A DNA stretch of 64,000 nt from an uncultured Thermoleophilia bacterium (GTDB lineage: Bacteria; Actinomycetota; Thermoleophilia; UBA2241). Below the pieces are notes generated by a model, which had not been told where the DNA came from, ran no database searches, and saw only the letters and a program-made list of their open reading frames with translations. The position numbers and the translations under genes are program-made. Positions 50,157-59,852 of the stretch are shown here, piece after piece (position 1 is the first letter of the stretch; each line of letters opens with the position of its first letter). Location of the stretch: assembly GCA_963715985.1 (NCBI GenBank), contig CAVQSP010000017.1, positions 160,001 through 224,000 on the forward strand, read 5' to 3'.

Positions 50157-50723
50157 ATGAGAGACAGCACAGAGATCACCGGCCGCTGTGGCGGCCATCG
50201 CTTCAAGTTCGGTGAGGGTCCCCACGGCTTCGGGCCGCCCGGTCACGGGCACGGTCACGGCCGTGGGCCCTGGTCGCGGGCGCGGCGCGGCAATGTGCGC
50301 GCCGCCATCCTGTCCGTGCTCAGCGACGAGCCCATGCACGGCTACCAGATCATGAAGCGGCTCGAGGAGAGTAGCGGCGGCATGTGGCGGCCCAGTCCCG
50401 GTTCGGTGTACCCCACCCTCCAGATGCTCGAGGACGAGGGGCTGATCAAGGGTGAGGAGATCGACGGCAAGCGCGTGTTCTCCCTCACGGAGGCCGGCGT
50501 CACCGCGGCCGCCGAGAGCAAGGAGCGGCACGGCGCTCCGTGGGAGCGGGACGACGAGAAGGACGCCTCGCCGCACTACCGGCTCCGCCGTTCGCTGTTC
50601 CAGCTCGGCGCCGCCGTCAGGCAGGTGGGCGCCGAGGGCACCGCGGCTCAGGTGGAGCAGACGCTGGAGATCCTCGTCGAGGCGCGCAAGCGCGTGTACG
50701 CCTTGCTCGCCGCCGGCGAGTGA
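50157..50723 (+). CDS. PadR-family regulator
   Basis: RRG.VRAAIL, PMHGYQIM, WRPSPGSVYPTLQ.LEDEG. Confidence 0.92.
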   Translation: MRDSTEITGRCGGHRFKFGEGPHGFGPPGHGHGHGRGPWSRARRGNVRAAILSVLSDEPMHGYQIMKRLEESSGGMWRPSPGSVYPTLQMLEDEGLIKGEEIDGKRVFSLTEAGVTAAAESKERHGAPWERDDEKDASPHYRLRRSLFQLGAAVRQVGAEGTAAQVEQTLEILVEARKRVYALLAAGE

Positions 50724-50740
50724 CCTGCGGAAGGCCTCCG

Positions 50741-53266
50741 TCAGGCCGGGCGCCTGCGGGTCCACCGCCTCCGGCGGCGGGCCTGGCCGGGGTGTCGTCG
50801 TGAGACGGCTGCCCTGACGCCGGCCGCGTGCCGCCAGCCCGGCGCCGGCGCCGGGCGGTCCAGGCGGCCGAGGATGGCGTCGCCGTGCACCTCCGGGGCG
50901 CCGGCGATGCGCAGGACGTGAGCGCGGGCGGCGCGCCCCATGGCGGCGCGCCGCTCGCCGTCGGCCAGGAGGGCGCGCATGGCGTCCGCCAGCGCCGCCA
51001 CGTCGTCGCCCGGGACGAGGAGCCCCGTCCCGCCCGGGCGCATGTACTCATGCGGGCCGCCGCGGTCGCTGACGATCACGGGCAGGCCTGCGGCCTGCGC
51101 CTCGAGTACCACCAGCCCGCAGGTGTCGGTGCTGCTGGGGAACACGAAGACGTCGCTCGAGGCGTACACGCGGGCCAGCTCGTCCTGCGACACCCACCCG
51201 AGGAAGGTGGCGGGATAGCCTGCGAGGTCCTTCTCCATCTGTACCCGGTAGGGTCCGTCGCCGGCCACCACCAGGTGCGCGGGCACGCCTCCGTCCACGA
51301 CGTCGCGGAACGCCCTCGACAGCAGGTCGACGCTCTTCTCGCCCGCCACGCGCCCGGCGTACACCACGCGCGGCGCCCCGGCGGGGAGGCTGTCCGCGGC
51401 GAGAGAGCCGTCACGGTGAGCCGGAGAGAACCGCTCCCCGTCCACCCAACAGGGCAGTACGTGTACGCGTCGAGGGTCGATACCGTGCGCCACCAGGTCG
51501 CGGGCGGTGGCCCGTGACGGCGCGAACACGTCGTCCAGCATCCCGTAGAACCAGGCGATGTAGCGCCACGCGTACCGGTCCGCGCGGGAGCCCGGGTACA
51601 GGCGTTCCGCGTAGCGCGCCAGGTCGGTGTGGAAGGTGCCGGTCACCGGCAGGTGCAGCAGCTTCGCGGCGAGCAGGCCGACGAGACCCACGCCGCTCGC
51701 GGTGCTCACGTGGATCGACGTGAAATCGTGCTCGAAGAGGTAGTCGAGCACGTCCAGGATGGGCGGCGCCACCAGCGGGTAGTCGGGGTTGAGGTCGAGC
51801 CCGCGCGTGGCGCTGGCCTGGAAGTTCATGACGCCCTCATTGGGGCCGGTCGGCGCGCTCGTGGAGGTGATGATCTCGAGGTCCACACCGCGGTCGGCGG
51901 CCGTCTCGGCGAACTGGCGGATGCTGACCGACACTCCGTTGACCTCCGCCAGCGTGTCGGTGAACACCGCCACCTTGATCCTGCCCGGGCGCCGGCCGAG
52001 GAAGTGCAGCCGCAGCTCCTCCTGCGCTGCGCGATCGCGCGTCTGGAAGCTGAAGGCGATGAAGTAGCCGAGCTCCAGGAAGTGGATCATCGCGACGGCG
52101 AAGATGGCGTCCCGCCGCTGGCGCGGCGTAGTGCGCACGGCTGGGTCCACGAGGGGCTGCAGGTGCAGGCTGAGGGCGTCGCCGGCGAGGCGCGAGACGA
52201 CGGAGAAGAGGCGCCGGTTCAGCTCCCGGCTGCCGACCGAGTTGAGGCTCTCCGGCTCGCGCAGCAGGCTGCCGATCTCGCGGTCCAGCAGGTCCTCCCA
52301 CGCCTGGCCGCGGCCGTCCTCGGCTCGGTACAGACCGGGCACCACGCTGCGCGCCCCGCGCATGGTCTTCTCGAGGATGGGCACGTCACGGCCGATACGC
52401 CCGAAGCCGCTGCGCAGCACCTTGAGCACCCGCTGGCGCGGCTGCGGGTCGTCCAGACGCAGCATCTCGCGCAGGCGCCAGAACGACGCCGTGTAGATGC
52501 TGTGCGCCAGCACCCGGGCGTCGCCGTCCTCGCCCGCAGGTTCGCACTCGCGGCGCGCGACGGCGGCCAGGAAGCCCTCCGCGGTGCCGTCGCAGGGCGC
52601 CGCGGTGCAGGCGCCGGCGGCGAAGAGGCCGCTGTGGTCGTCGGAGCCGCCGGTGAGCCCTTTGCGCCAGGGGGACTCGCCGTACGGCTCGATGCCCTGG
52701 CGCTCGGCCATTGCGTACAGGGCCTCGGGCGTGAGAGCGGCGACGATGTCGCGCAGCAGGCCGCTGCAGCGGTCGACACGGGCGCCGTTGCGCCCTTCGA
52801 ACACGTTGAAGAGCAGGAGCATCTTCTCCACGACGTCCGGCGTCAGGTTGCCGGTCATGTCGAACAGCGGGTGCGCGAGGAAGTGAGCGACGCCGGCCTC
52901 GCGCAGACAGGTCACGAGGTCGTAGATCGACGGCCGCGCCGCCATGGCGTCGGCGAAGGTGCGCTCGTCCAGGCCCAAGGCCACCACGTGCACGCGGCAC
53001 TTCTCCTCGGGGAACCAGGTGTCGAACTCCGTGCCCAGGAAGGTGCCCGGCAGGTGGGCGATGGCCAGCGACCCGTCCAGCGTGTTGTGGTCGGTGATGG
53101 TGACGAAGTCCATGCCGCGCGCCTTCTCGGCGGCGTAGACGTCCGCCGGCGAGGTGTAGGACTCCTTGCCGCGGAAGAAGCGGATGGACCGGGCCGTGGG
53201 GTTCGTCGAACACTCCGAGTGCACGTGAAGGTCGGCCCGGCACCTCGTCTCGTGTGCGTCCACCAC
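50741..53266 (-). CDS. PHP-domain/GT4 glycosyltransferase fusion
   Basis: DLHVHS, TITDHN, AHP, GGSDDH; FTDT..EVNGV, FHTD, YAGR..EK, FPS.TDT.G.VVLEAQA.GLP. Confidence 0.87.
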   Translation of the reverse strand: MVDAHETRCRADLHVHSECSTNPTARSIRFFRGKESYTSPADVYAAEKARGMDFVTITDHNTLDGSLAIAHLPGTFLGTEFDTWFPEEKCRVHVVALGLDERTFADAMAARPSIYDLVTCLREAGVAHFLAHPLFDMTGNLTPDVVEKMLLLFNVFEGRNGARVDRCSGLLRDIVAALTPEALYAMAERQGIEPYGESPWRKGLTGGSDDHSGLFAAGACTAAPCDGTAEGFLAAVARRECEPAGEDGDARVLAHSIYTASFWRLREMLRLDDPQPRQRVLKVLRSGFGRIGRDVPILEKTMRGARSVVPGLYRAEDGRGQAWEDLLDREIGSLLREPESLNSVGSRELNRRLFSVVSRLAGDALSLHLQPLVDPAVRTTPRQRRDAIFAVAMIHFLELGYFIAFSFQTRDRAAQEELRLHFLGRRPGRIKVAVFTDTLAEVNGVSVSIRQFAETAADRGVDLEIITSTSAPTGPNEGVMNFQASATRGLDLNPDYPLVAPPILDVLDYLFEHDFTSIHVSTASGVGLVGLLAAKLLHLPVTGTFHTDLARYAERLYPGSRADRYAWRYIAWFYGMLDDVFAPSRATARDLVAHGIDPRRVHVLPCWVDGERFSPAHRDGSLAADSLPAGAPRVVYAGRVAGEKSVDLLSRAFRDVVDGGVPAHLVVAGDGPYRVQMEKDLAGYPATFLGWVSQDELARVYASSDVFVFPSSTDTCGLVVLEAQAAGLPVIVSDRGGPHEYMRPGGTGLLVPGDDVAALADAMRALLADGERRAAMGRAARAHVLRIAGAPEVHGDAILGRLDRPAPAPGWRHAAGVRAAVSRRHPGQARRRRRWTRRRPA

Positions 53267-53339
53267 TTCACTCTACCGGATGCGCCGCGGCGGCGTGCGC
53301 GCTGTTGTGCGCGCCCGCGCGGCCCGCTACCATCGGCGC

Positions 53340-53870
53340 ATGGCTGCTCTCACTCACGTCGTGCTCACGGCCGTGGGCCCTGACCACCCCGGTCTCGTGG
53401 ACGCCGTCACCAGCTACGTCCTGGAGAGCGGCGGCAACCTCGAAGACAGCCGCATGGTCAACCTGCACGGCCAGTTCGCGATGATGCTGCTCGTGGCCGG
53501 GTCCACCGACACGGTGGCGGCGCTGCGCGACGGACTGCCCTCGCTGCAGAAGAAGGCGGGCGTCCACGCCCAGCTGCAGCCCGCCACGGCTGCGCCGTCG
53601 GCGGTCGCCGCGCTCCCCTGTCGCATCACCGCCTGGGCCATGGACCACCCCGGGCTCATGCAGTCGGTTGCGCACCTGCTCGCAGGACTGCACGTCAACA
53701 TCGAGAGCGCCGAGACGACGCTGAGCTCGGCGCCCCACACCGGCACGCCGCTCTTCACGATGCAGATGGTCGTGTCCGTGCCGGGCAGCACGCCCGTGGC
53801 CGAGCTGCGCGAGCAGCTCGGGCGCCTCTGCGACGACCTCAACATCGACTGGAGCCTGTCGGCGCTCTGA
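53340..53870 (+). CDS. tandem ACT-domain protein (GcvR-like)
   Basis: G.DHPGLV...GGNLEDSRM..L.GQF; second DHPG...VNI. Confidence 0.85.
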   Translation: MAALTHVVLTAVGPDHPGLVDAVTSYVLESGGNLEDSRMVNLHGQFAMMLLVAGSTDTVAALRDGLPSLQKKAGVHAQLQPATAAPSAVAALPCRITAWAMDHPGLMQSVAHLLAGLHVNIESAETTLSSAPHTGTPLFTMQMVVSVPGSTPVAELREQLGRLCDDLNIDWSLSAL

Positions 53871-53970
53871 GGCCCGGGACGCGGGTGCCGGCGTCCCGTC
53901 CCACGACTCCGCGGGATCCTTTGCCGCCGCCCGGCTCGCGTCCGGACCCGCCTCGCTACTCGGCCCCGCT

Positions 53971-55671
53971 TCAGCGCTGCGCGAGGAGCCGGGCCGCTTC
54001 GTCTGAGGGGAAGCTCGGCCACGGCGCCGGCCGGCCGCCGGAGAAGGCGCGCACGCCGGCGCCGCGGGCGCCGACTTCGGCGATCACCGTGGCCCGGATG
54101 CCGGCAGCGCCGAGCGCCTGCACCAGGCGCGCCGACTCGTGCGGCAGGCAGCAGATGAGCAGGCTGCCCGAGGCGATGAGGCCCAGCGGGTCGGCGCCCA
54201 GCAGGGCGCACACGCGCGCCGTCTGCGGGAGGATGGGCACGGCGTCGCGGTCCACGTCCAGGCCGTGCCCGCCGGCCTGGCAGAGCTCGCGCAGCGCCGT
54301 GGCCAGGCCGCCCTCCGTGACGTCGTGCATGGCGCGCACGCCGGCGAAGCCGGCGGCGATGCGCGCCTCGGGCGTCACGCTCATGAGCGGCAGCAGGCCG
54401 CGGCACTCCTCGAGCTCGGCCGCGGTCATGCCGAGCGCCTGCAGGCGCTCGGCCGCCTCCGCGGCCAGGATGGCCGTGCCCTCCACGGCGATGGCCTTGG
54501 TCAACACCACGTGGTCGCCGGGGCGGATGTCGCGTTTGTCGCGGAGGCCCGCGCGCGGCAAGGTGCCGAGCGCCGTCACCGAGACCACCGGCCGCGTGAC
54601 GGCGTCGGTGATCTCCGTGTGCCCGCCCACCACGGCCGTGCCCTGCTCCCGCGCCGCCGCGGCGACGTCGTCCAGCAGGGCGAGCGCCTGCGACGGCGTG
54701 GTGCCGGGGGGGAAGAGGACGGTGGCCAGCAGCCAGCGCGGCTCTGCCCCCGCGGTGGCGATGTCGTTGGCGTTCACCGTGGCCGCGAAGCGCCCGACCT
54801 CACCGCCGGTGAGCGTGATCGGGTCGCCGTGCGCCACCAGCGTGGTCTGCCCGGCGATGTCCAGCGCCACCACGTCCTCGCCGACGCCGGCCGGGACGAG
54901 CACTGCCGGGTCGGCCTCGCCTCCGCCGGCGTCGCCCAGGTGCGCGGCCAGCAGGTCGTTGGGCAGCTTGCCCGGTGGCAAGGGCAGGCCGAGCCGCACC
55001 ACGTCGTCCAGCTCCGCGAGGCTGTGCACCACGAAGTCGCAGGCGGCAGGGTGCGGCTGCACCAGCTCGGCGTCGCCGTCGGGTCCCGCGACGCCCTCGG
55101 ACATCCCGGCGTGGCCGCCGTTGGTGAGGTAGGCGGTCACGGCCCCGGCGGCGCGGCCCGCCTCCACGTCCAGGACGTAGTCACCCACCATCAGCGTCTC
55201 TTCGGGCGGCACGCCCATGGCCGCGGCGGCGTGGAGCACGCCGTCGGGCGCCGGTTTGGGCGCCGCCTCGTCGTCGCGCGTCACGACCACGTCGAACGCG
55301 GCGGGGCCGAGGTGCGCGAACCGCGCCAGGGCGAGCTCCACGGCGGCGCGGCCGTTCCGCGTGAGCACGCCGACCTTGAGGCCGGCGGCGTGCAGCCGCT
55401 GCACGAGCTCCTCGGCACCCTCGTTGGGCTCCGACCCGGCCGCCCCCGCGAGCTCGAAGCGCTCGAGGGCGTCCAGCGCCGCCTGCCGCTGGGCACCGTC
55501 GGGCAGCGCCAGGATCCACTCCAGCACGAAGCGGTCCGGCGGGCAGCCGATCGCGTTCTTGAGGGCGGGGAAGTCAAGGGCGTCCGGGCGCGTGAGCGTG
55601 CCGTCGAAGTCGAAGATGACGGCACGCAGGCGGAAGGGTCTGATGGTGTTCACGGCGATCACACCGGGCAC
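53971..55671 (-). CDS. HAD phosphatase fused to an AIR-synthase-related (PurM-like) domain
   Basis: FDFDGTL, KPAPDG, MVGD..D; then GKLP, GED, DPIT, NANDIA..GA.P, GGHTE.T, MHDVTEGG. Confidence 0.85.
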   Translation of the reverse strand: MPGVIAVNTIRPFRLRAVIFDFDGTLTRPDALDFPALKNAIGCPPDRFVLEWILALPDGAQRQAALDALERFELAGAAGSEPNEGAEELVQRLHAAGLKVGVLTRNGRAAVELALARFAHLGPAAFDVVVTRDDEAAPKPAPDGVLHAAAAMGVPPEETLMVGDYVLDVEAGRAAGAVTAYLTNGGHAGMSEGVAGPDGDAELVQPHPAACDFVVHSLAELDDVVRLGLPLPPGKLPNDLLAAHLGDAGGGEADPAVLVPAGVGEDVVALDIAGQTTLVAHGDPITLTGGEVGRFAATVNANDIATAGAEPRWLLATVLFPPGTTPSQALALLDDVAAAAREQGTAVVGGHTEITDAVTRPVVSVTALGTLPRAGLRDKRDIRPGDHVVLTKAIAVEGTAILAAEAAERLQALGMTAAELEECRGLLPLMSVTPEARIAAGFAGVRAMHDVTEGGLATALRELCQAGGHGLDVDRDAVPILPQTARVCALLGADPLGLIASGSLLICCLPHESARLVQALGAAGIRATVIAEVGARGAGVRAFSGGRPAPWPSFPSDEAARLLAQR

Positions 55672-55707
55672 GTCAGCGCCGCACCTCGCGGCTGCCGCGG
55701 CGGGCTC

Positions 55708-57204
55708 TCACTTGCGCGCGTAGGCTTTGAGGCAGACGTTGGCTTCGGGGTTGTCGGTGTCCTCCGCAAGGTCCACCCACTTCTCCGTGTCGCCGTAGCG
55801 CATGAAGCTCTGCCCCGTCGCCGCCACGGCGTGGTTGAGATAGCTGTCCCCGGTGCTGGGGGCCTCCACGGCCATGGGCTGCGCCGAGCCGGGCGTCACC
55901 AGCCGGACGGCGACCACGAAACGCTTGCCCTTGGTCACGGCCAGGGGCGTGACGAGATCGGCGGTGGCGAAGCCGGGCAGCTTGATCGTGCCCTGGCCGC
56001 GCAGCGTCAGGGAGTCGAGCGTGGGGCCGGCCCACACCTGGTAGCCGGTGGCGGCCACGGGCGCGTAGAAGCCCACAGCGACGATGCGCTCCGAGGCCTT
56101 GGCGGTGAAGCGGTTGGCCCCCCAGGCGATGGAGGGGTCCGCCACGTCCGGGTAGCCGAGCGACGTGGTCCACCCCAGGGTGTCGTACTGGTAGTTGCGG
56201 CGGTAGGAGCTCACGTCGTCTACGCGCGAATAGCTGGTGCAGGGCCCGTAGGCGAAGGAGCGATCGTAGTAGGAGACCCAGACGTAGCCTCCGTCGCCGT
56301 AGGACCTGCCCCAGCTGTTGCGGGTCAGGAAGGCCCCGTCGCCCGGCGGCTGGCCCGAGGCGGTCGTGGTGAACTTCGCCGCCGGGTAGCCGTCGTCCCA
56401 GCCGACGACGTCCACGCCGTGGTTCTCGCCGACCTCGATGCCCTTGTACGTCTCGCCGGCGGCCACGTCGCAGTAGTACGACGGCGTGCGCAAGCTGGTC
56501 GAGCGCTTGGACGAGTCAAAGGAGGAGTCGTAGTACATGCCCACGCTCAGGGCGCCGTTCTCCATCACCAGCTTCTTGATGAGCTCGTTGTCGAGCGGGT
56601 CGGTGCGGCCGGGCAGCATGACGGCCTCCTGCACGTGCTTTGCCACCGTGACCTTCTTGGGAGACTTCCCGTCACCGTACTTGTCCTGGGTCTCCGGCAC
56701 CGGCCCGGCCCAGCGCGCCAGGTACGCGACGGCCATGAAGTCCCACCCGCCCCAGCTGTACGCGTCGTAGGGGGCGGGGAACGGCCCGAAGCCGCTGCGC
56801 AGCACGAGGTTGTCCTCGCTGAAGTCCCACTGCTTGGCGGGCAGGAGTAGCGACTCCACCGCGGCGAGGTTGGCGAACGCCCAGCAGGTGCCCAGGTCGC
56901 CCTGGTCGCGGACGGGCGACAGACGGCCGGTGGGGCGGAGGTCGTACGTGTACGGCAGCACGGTCGCAGCGCGGGCGCTGAGGCGCTCCCGTACGGCGGG
57001 AGAGATGCGCGTGGTGAGCGGGGCCGGGCGCTTGCCGAAGACGCCGGCGAGCGGGTCGTGGAGCGACTCGACGAACGCCTGGTCGAGCGGCCCGGACTGC
57101 GGCAGGCGCCCCTGCTGCGCCGCCGTGGCGGCGCCGGCGAGCACGAGCACAAATGCGACGGCGCAGGCGAAGACCGCCGCCGTCGCCCTCATCCGTCCCC
57201 GCAT
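55708..57204 (-). CDS. secreted papain-family (C1A) cysteine protease with lectin-like C-terminal domain
   Basis: signal peptide; DQG..GTCWAF, NHGV.VVGWDD, RNSWG, GY.WVSY.D, YQYD.LG, NVCLKAY. Confidence 0.9.
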   Translation of the reverse strand: MRGRMRATAAVFACAVAFVLVLAGAATAAQQGRLPQSGPLDQAFVESLHDPLAGVFGKRPAPLTTRISPAVRERLSARAATVLPYTYDLRPTGRLSPVRDQGDLGTCWAFANLAAVESLLLPAKQWDFSEDNLVLRSGFGPFPAPYDAYSWGGWDFMAVAYLARWAGPVPETQDKYGDGKSPKKVTVAKHVQEAVMLPGRTDPLDNELIKKLVMENGALSVGMYYDSSFDSSKRSTSLRTPSYYCDVAAGETYKGIEVGENHGVDVVGWDDGYPAAKFTTTASGQPPGDGAFLTRNSWGRSYGDGGYVWVSYYDRSFAYGPCTSYSRVDDVSSYRRNYQYDTLGWTTSLGYPDVADPSIAWGANRFTAKASERIVAVGFYAPVAATGYQVWAGPTLDSLTLRGQGTIKLPGFATADLVTPLAVTKGKRFVVAVRLVTPGSAQPMAVEAPSTGDSYLNHAVAATGQSFMRYGDTEKWVDLAEDTDNPEANVCLKAYARK

Positions 57205-57418
57205 GCACGATCCTTTCGTCCGTCAGTCCGACGACCAGTGTAGCGCGGCCCCCGGTGCTTGTCGCCTCGGAGCGTGGCAACGCTCAAAACGGCGGCGAAG
57301 CGCCACCTCCCCGGCGCCTCGGGAGGGCCCGATACGGTTTGCGCGTGTGCCTGCCCGGGCAACCTGCCAGCCAACACGTGCCAAGTATCCGGCTCACCGG
57401 CCCGATCCTGGAGGGACC

Positions 57419-57856
57419 ATGGCCACGATCTCCCTGACTGCCGAACAGCTCACCGGACGCGAACTGCTCGACGAGACCGGCCGCGACATCGGCGCGATCA
57501 CCGATCTCTACGTAGACGACGACGGGCGCCCGCACTGGCTGCTCGTCGACACGGGCTTCTTCCCCAACTTCTTCAGCGTGATCCCGGTCACCGACGTGGT
57601 GGTCAGCGACCGCGGCCTCGAGGTGCACTACTCGATGGAGAAGCTCACAGGGGCCCCCAACAACATGAAGGACAAGGACTACGCCAGGCATCGCGAAGGC
57701 CTTCTGTACGACTACTACCGCCTGCTGGCGCCCGCCGCGGTGACCGACGCCACCAATCACGGTGCCGACGGGGAGGTGCTCCTGCCGCCCAGCGCGCTCT
57801 GCCGCTTCTCGACCCTCTCCTGTGAGAACAAGCCGGTGGAGTACCCGGCCGAGTAG
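57419..57856 (+). CDS. PRC-barrel domain protein
   Basis: L.G..L.D..G..IG.I.DLYVD...P.W..V.TG; GGAGG RBS. Confidence 0.8.
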   Translation: MATISLTAEQLTGRELLDETGRDIGAITDLYVDDDGRPHWLLVDTGFFPNFFSVIPVTDVVVSDRGLEVHYSMEKLTGAPNNMKDKDYARHREGLLYDYYRLLAPAAVTDATNHGADGEVLLPPSALCRFSTLSCENKPVEYPAE

Positions 57857-58003
57857 GCGGCATCGCGCCGGCGCCCTCCCCGCCGGCGAGCGCCGAGCGC
57901 GCGTCCTTTGCCTCCGCGCACGGGCCAGATAGAGTCGGCCCGCGTACCGAACGTTCAGTCACCGTTCGTGGGAGGAGAGGCGGAGTGAGTCGCGAGGCCG
58001 CCT

Positions 58004-58609
58004 GTGAGGCGCGAGGAGCGGGCGCGGATACGGCGTCGGGAGATGCTGGCCGCGTACTACGAGGTGCTGCTCGAGGAAGGCCTGCAGGGCGCCTCCGTGG
58101 CCAAGGTCGCGCGCAAGGCGGGCGCCCCGCCCAGCCTGCTCATCCACTACTTCGGCACCAAAGAGCAGATGACCATCGAGCTGGTGGACTACCTGCTCGA
58201 GCGCTACCACGAGACGTACAGCGCCGACTTCGCGCGGATCGCCGACCCGCTGGAGCGGCTCTACGCCATCGTCGACGCCCTGTTCAGCGTGGAGTACCAC
58301 CAGCTCATGGACGACCGCGCCTTCTACGCGCTCTTCTACGTGAGCCTCACACACCCCACCGTGCGGCGCGCGTTCGCGCGCGTGTACGAGGACTCGCTCG
58401 GCCTCATAGAACGCGCCCTCGTCGAGTGCATGGCGGCCGGGAGCCTGGCCGCCGGCGATGCCCACGAGCTGGCCGTCACCCTCAAGGCCCTCGAGGAGGG
58501 CTACGCCTTTCTCATCGGCGGCGGCGCCGAGGAGACCGCCAAGGCCGAGATCGGCAGCGCGCTGCGCAGCCGCGCGCTGCAGCTGCTCGGCCTCCCCGGC
58601 CGCCCCTGA
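58004..58609 (+). CDS. TetR-family regulator (BetI-like)
   Basis: R.EML.A...EGL..AS...VA..AG....L..HYFGTKE. Confidence 0.88.
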   Translation: MRREERARIRRREMLAAYYEVLLEEGLQGASVAKVARKAGAPPSLLIHYFGTKEQMTIELVDYLLERYHETYSADFARIADPLERLYAIVDALFSVEYHQLMDDRAFYALFYVSLTHPTVRRAFARVYEDSLGLIERALVECMAAGSLAAGDAHELAVTLKALEEGYAFLIGGGAEETAKAEIGSALRSRALQLLGLPGRP

Positions 58610-58888
58610 TCCAAGACGCCGGAACCCGCTGCCGAAGCAGAGAGCAGGGGGAGGGCGCCACCGGGGCGGTCCACACGCTCGCCGCCCCCCGACCGCGACG
58701 GGGCCCGGGACGTCAGAGGTGGACGGTGAAGACCAAGCTCGCAGTTAGGTCGGCAGGGCGCCGCTGATCGCCGACCACACCCAGGTGCCGGCCGCAGCGA
58801 CGCCGGTGAAGACCTTCCGGGTGCACGTCGCGGCCGAGCCCGGGTGGCGGCCCATGACGTTCACGGCCGCCGGCCGGGCCGCCACATG

Positions 58889-59728
58889 TCAGTTGAGGCC
58901 GAAGCGCAGCTCGTCGCCCTCGTCCGCGCCGAAGTAGTGCGCGGTCTCGTGCAGGACGGTGATGCGGATCTGCTCCGCGAGGTCGGCCTCGCTGTCGTCC
59001 TCGTCGTCGATCTCGCGCTCCAGGTTGCGCTGGAACAGGTGGATGAGGCCGGTGTCGGGGCCGGGGCTCAGGGTGGACCGGTCCGGCATGGCGATGCCGT
59101 GGAAGAGGCCCAGCGTGCGCGGGTCCAGGCCCTCGAGTACGAGGGCTTCGGACGGCCGGTCCTCGACGAAGATGGGCACGTTGCGCAGGTGAGCGAGGAC
59201 CTCCGGCGGCAGCTCCTCCAGAGCGTCCTCGGCGATCTGGTCGAAGCGTGACGGGTCCACGCGCGGTTCGGGTGGGTCGTTGGCCGCGTCCAGGCGCAGC
59301 ACGGCCAGCCACTCGGTGACCATGCCCTTGCGGTCGCCCTTGTCCTCGCAGGCCATGCCGAGCAGGTGCCGGGCGTCGGCCTCGTCGAGGGGGTCCAGCT
59401 CGAAGTCGGCGAGCAGCTCGCGCAGCAGGCGCGCGCATTCGCCGGGCTCGCCGTTTTCCAGGTACACCTCGGCGCTGCCCAGCCAGGGCTCCGCGTCGCC
59501 GGGGTCGACCTCGCTCCAGCGGCGGAACGCCTCCAGAGCGTCGTTCGGACGGTCGTCGGCGAGGGCGCACTCGGCCTCCAGCTCCAGCACCGCCGGGTCG
59601 TCGGGAGCGTCCTCGCGAGCGCGTTTGAGGGCCCGCAGCGCGGCGCGTACGTCATCCTCCTCCAAGGCGTCCCACGCCTCGTCGAGGTGACGCTGTGTCT
59701 CCGGGTCGAGAGGGTTCTCTTCGTCCAC
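58889..59728 (-). CDS. TPR-repeat plus minimal zincin (Zincin_1) metallopeptidase
   Basis: TPR-like helices, then LGLFHG, I.LFQRNLE, ITVLHETAHYFG. Confidence 0.82.
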   Translation of the reverse strand: MDEENPLDPETQRHLDEAWDALEEDDVRAALRALKRAREDAPDDPAVLELEAECALADDRPNDALEAFRRWSEVDPGDAEPWLGSAEVYLENGEPGECARLLRELLADFELDPLDEADARHLLGMACEDKGDRKGMVTEWLAVLRLDAANDPPEPRVDPSRFDQIAEDALEELPPEVLAHLRNVPIFVEDRPSEALVLEGLDPRTLGLFHGIAMPDRSTLSPGPDTGLIHLFQRNLEREIDDEDDSEADLAEQIRITVLHETAHYFGADEGDELRFGLN

Positions 59729-59852
59729 GGCGTGAACTATACCCGTGCAGGTGTCCGCCGAGGCATGGGTCCACGCGCCGCGTGTGTCCACAGTGGCGGC
59801 GGCGAGTGTGCCGGAATGGCCGGGGCGCCGGGGCTCTGGTATATACAGGGAC

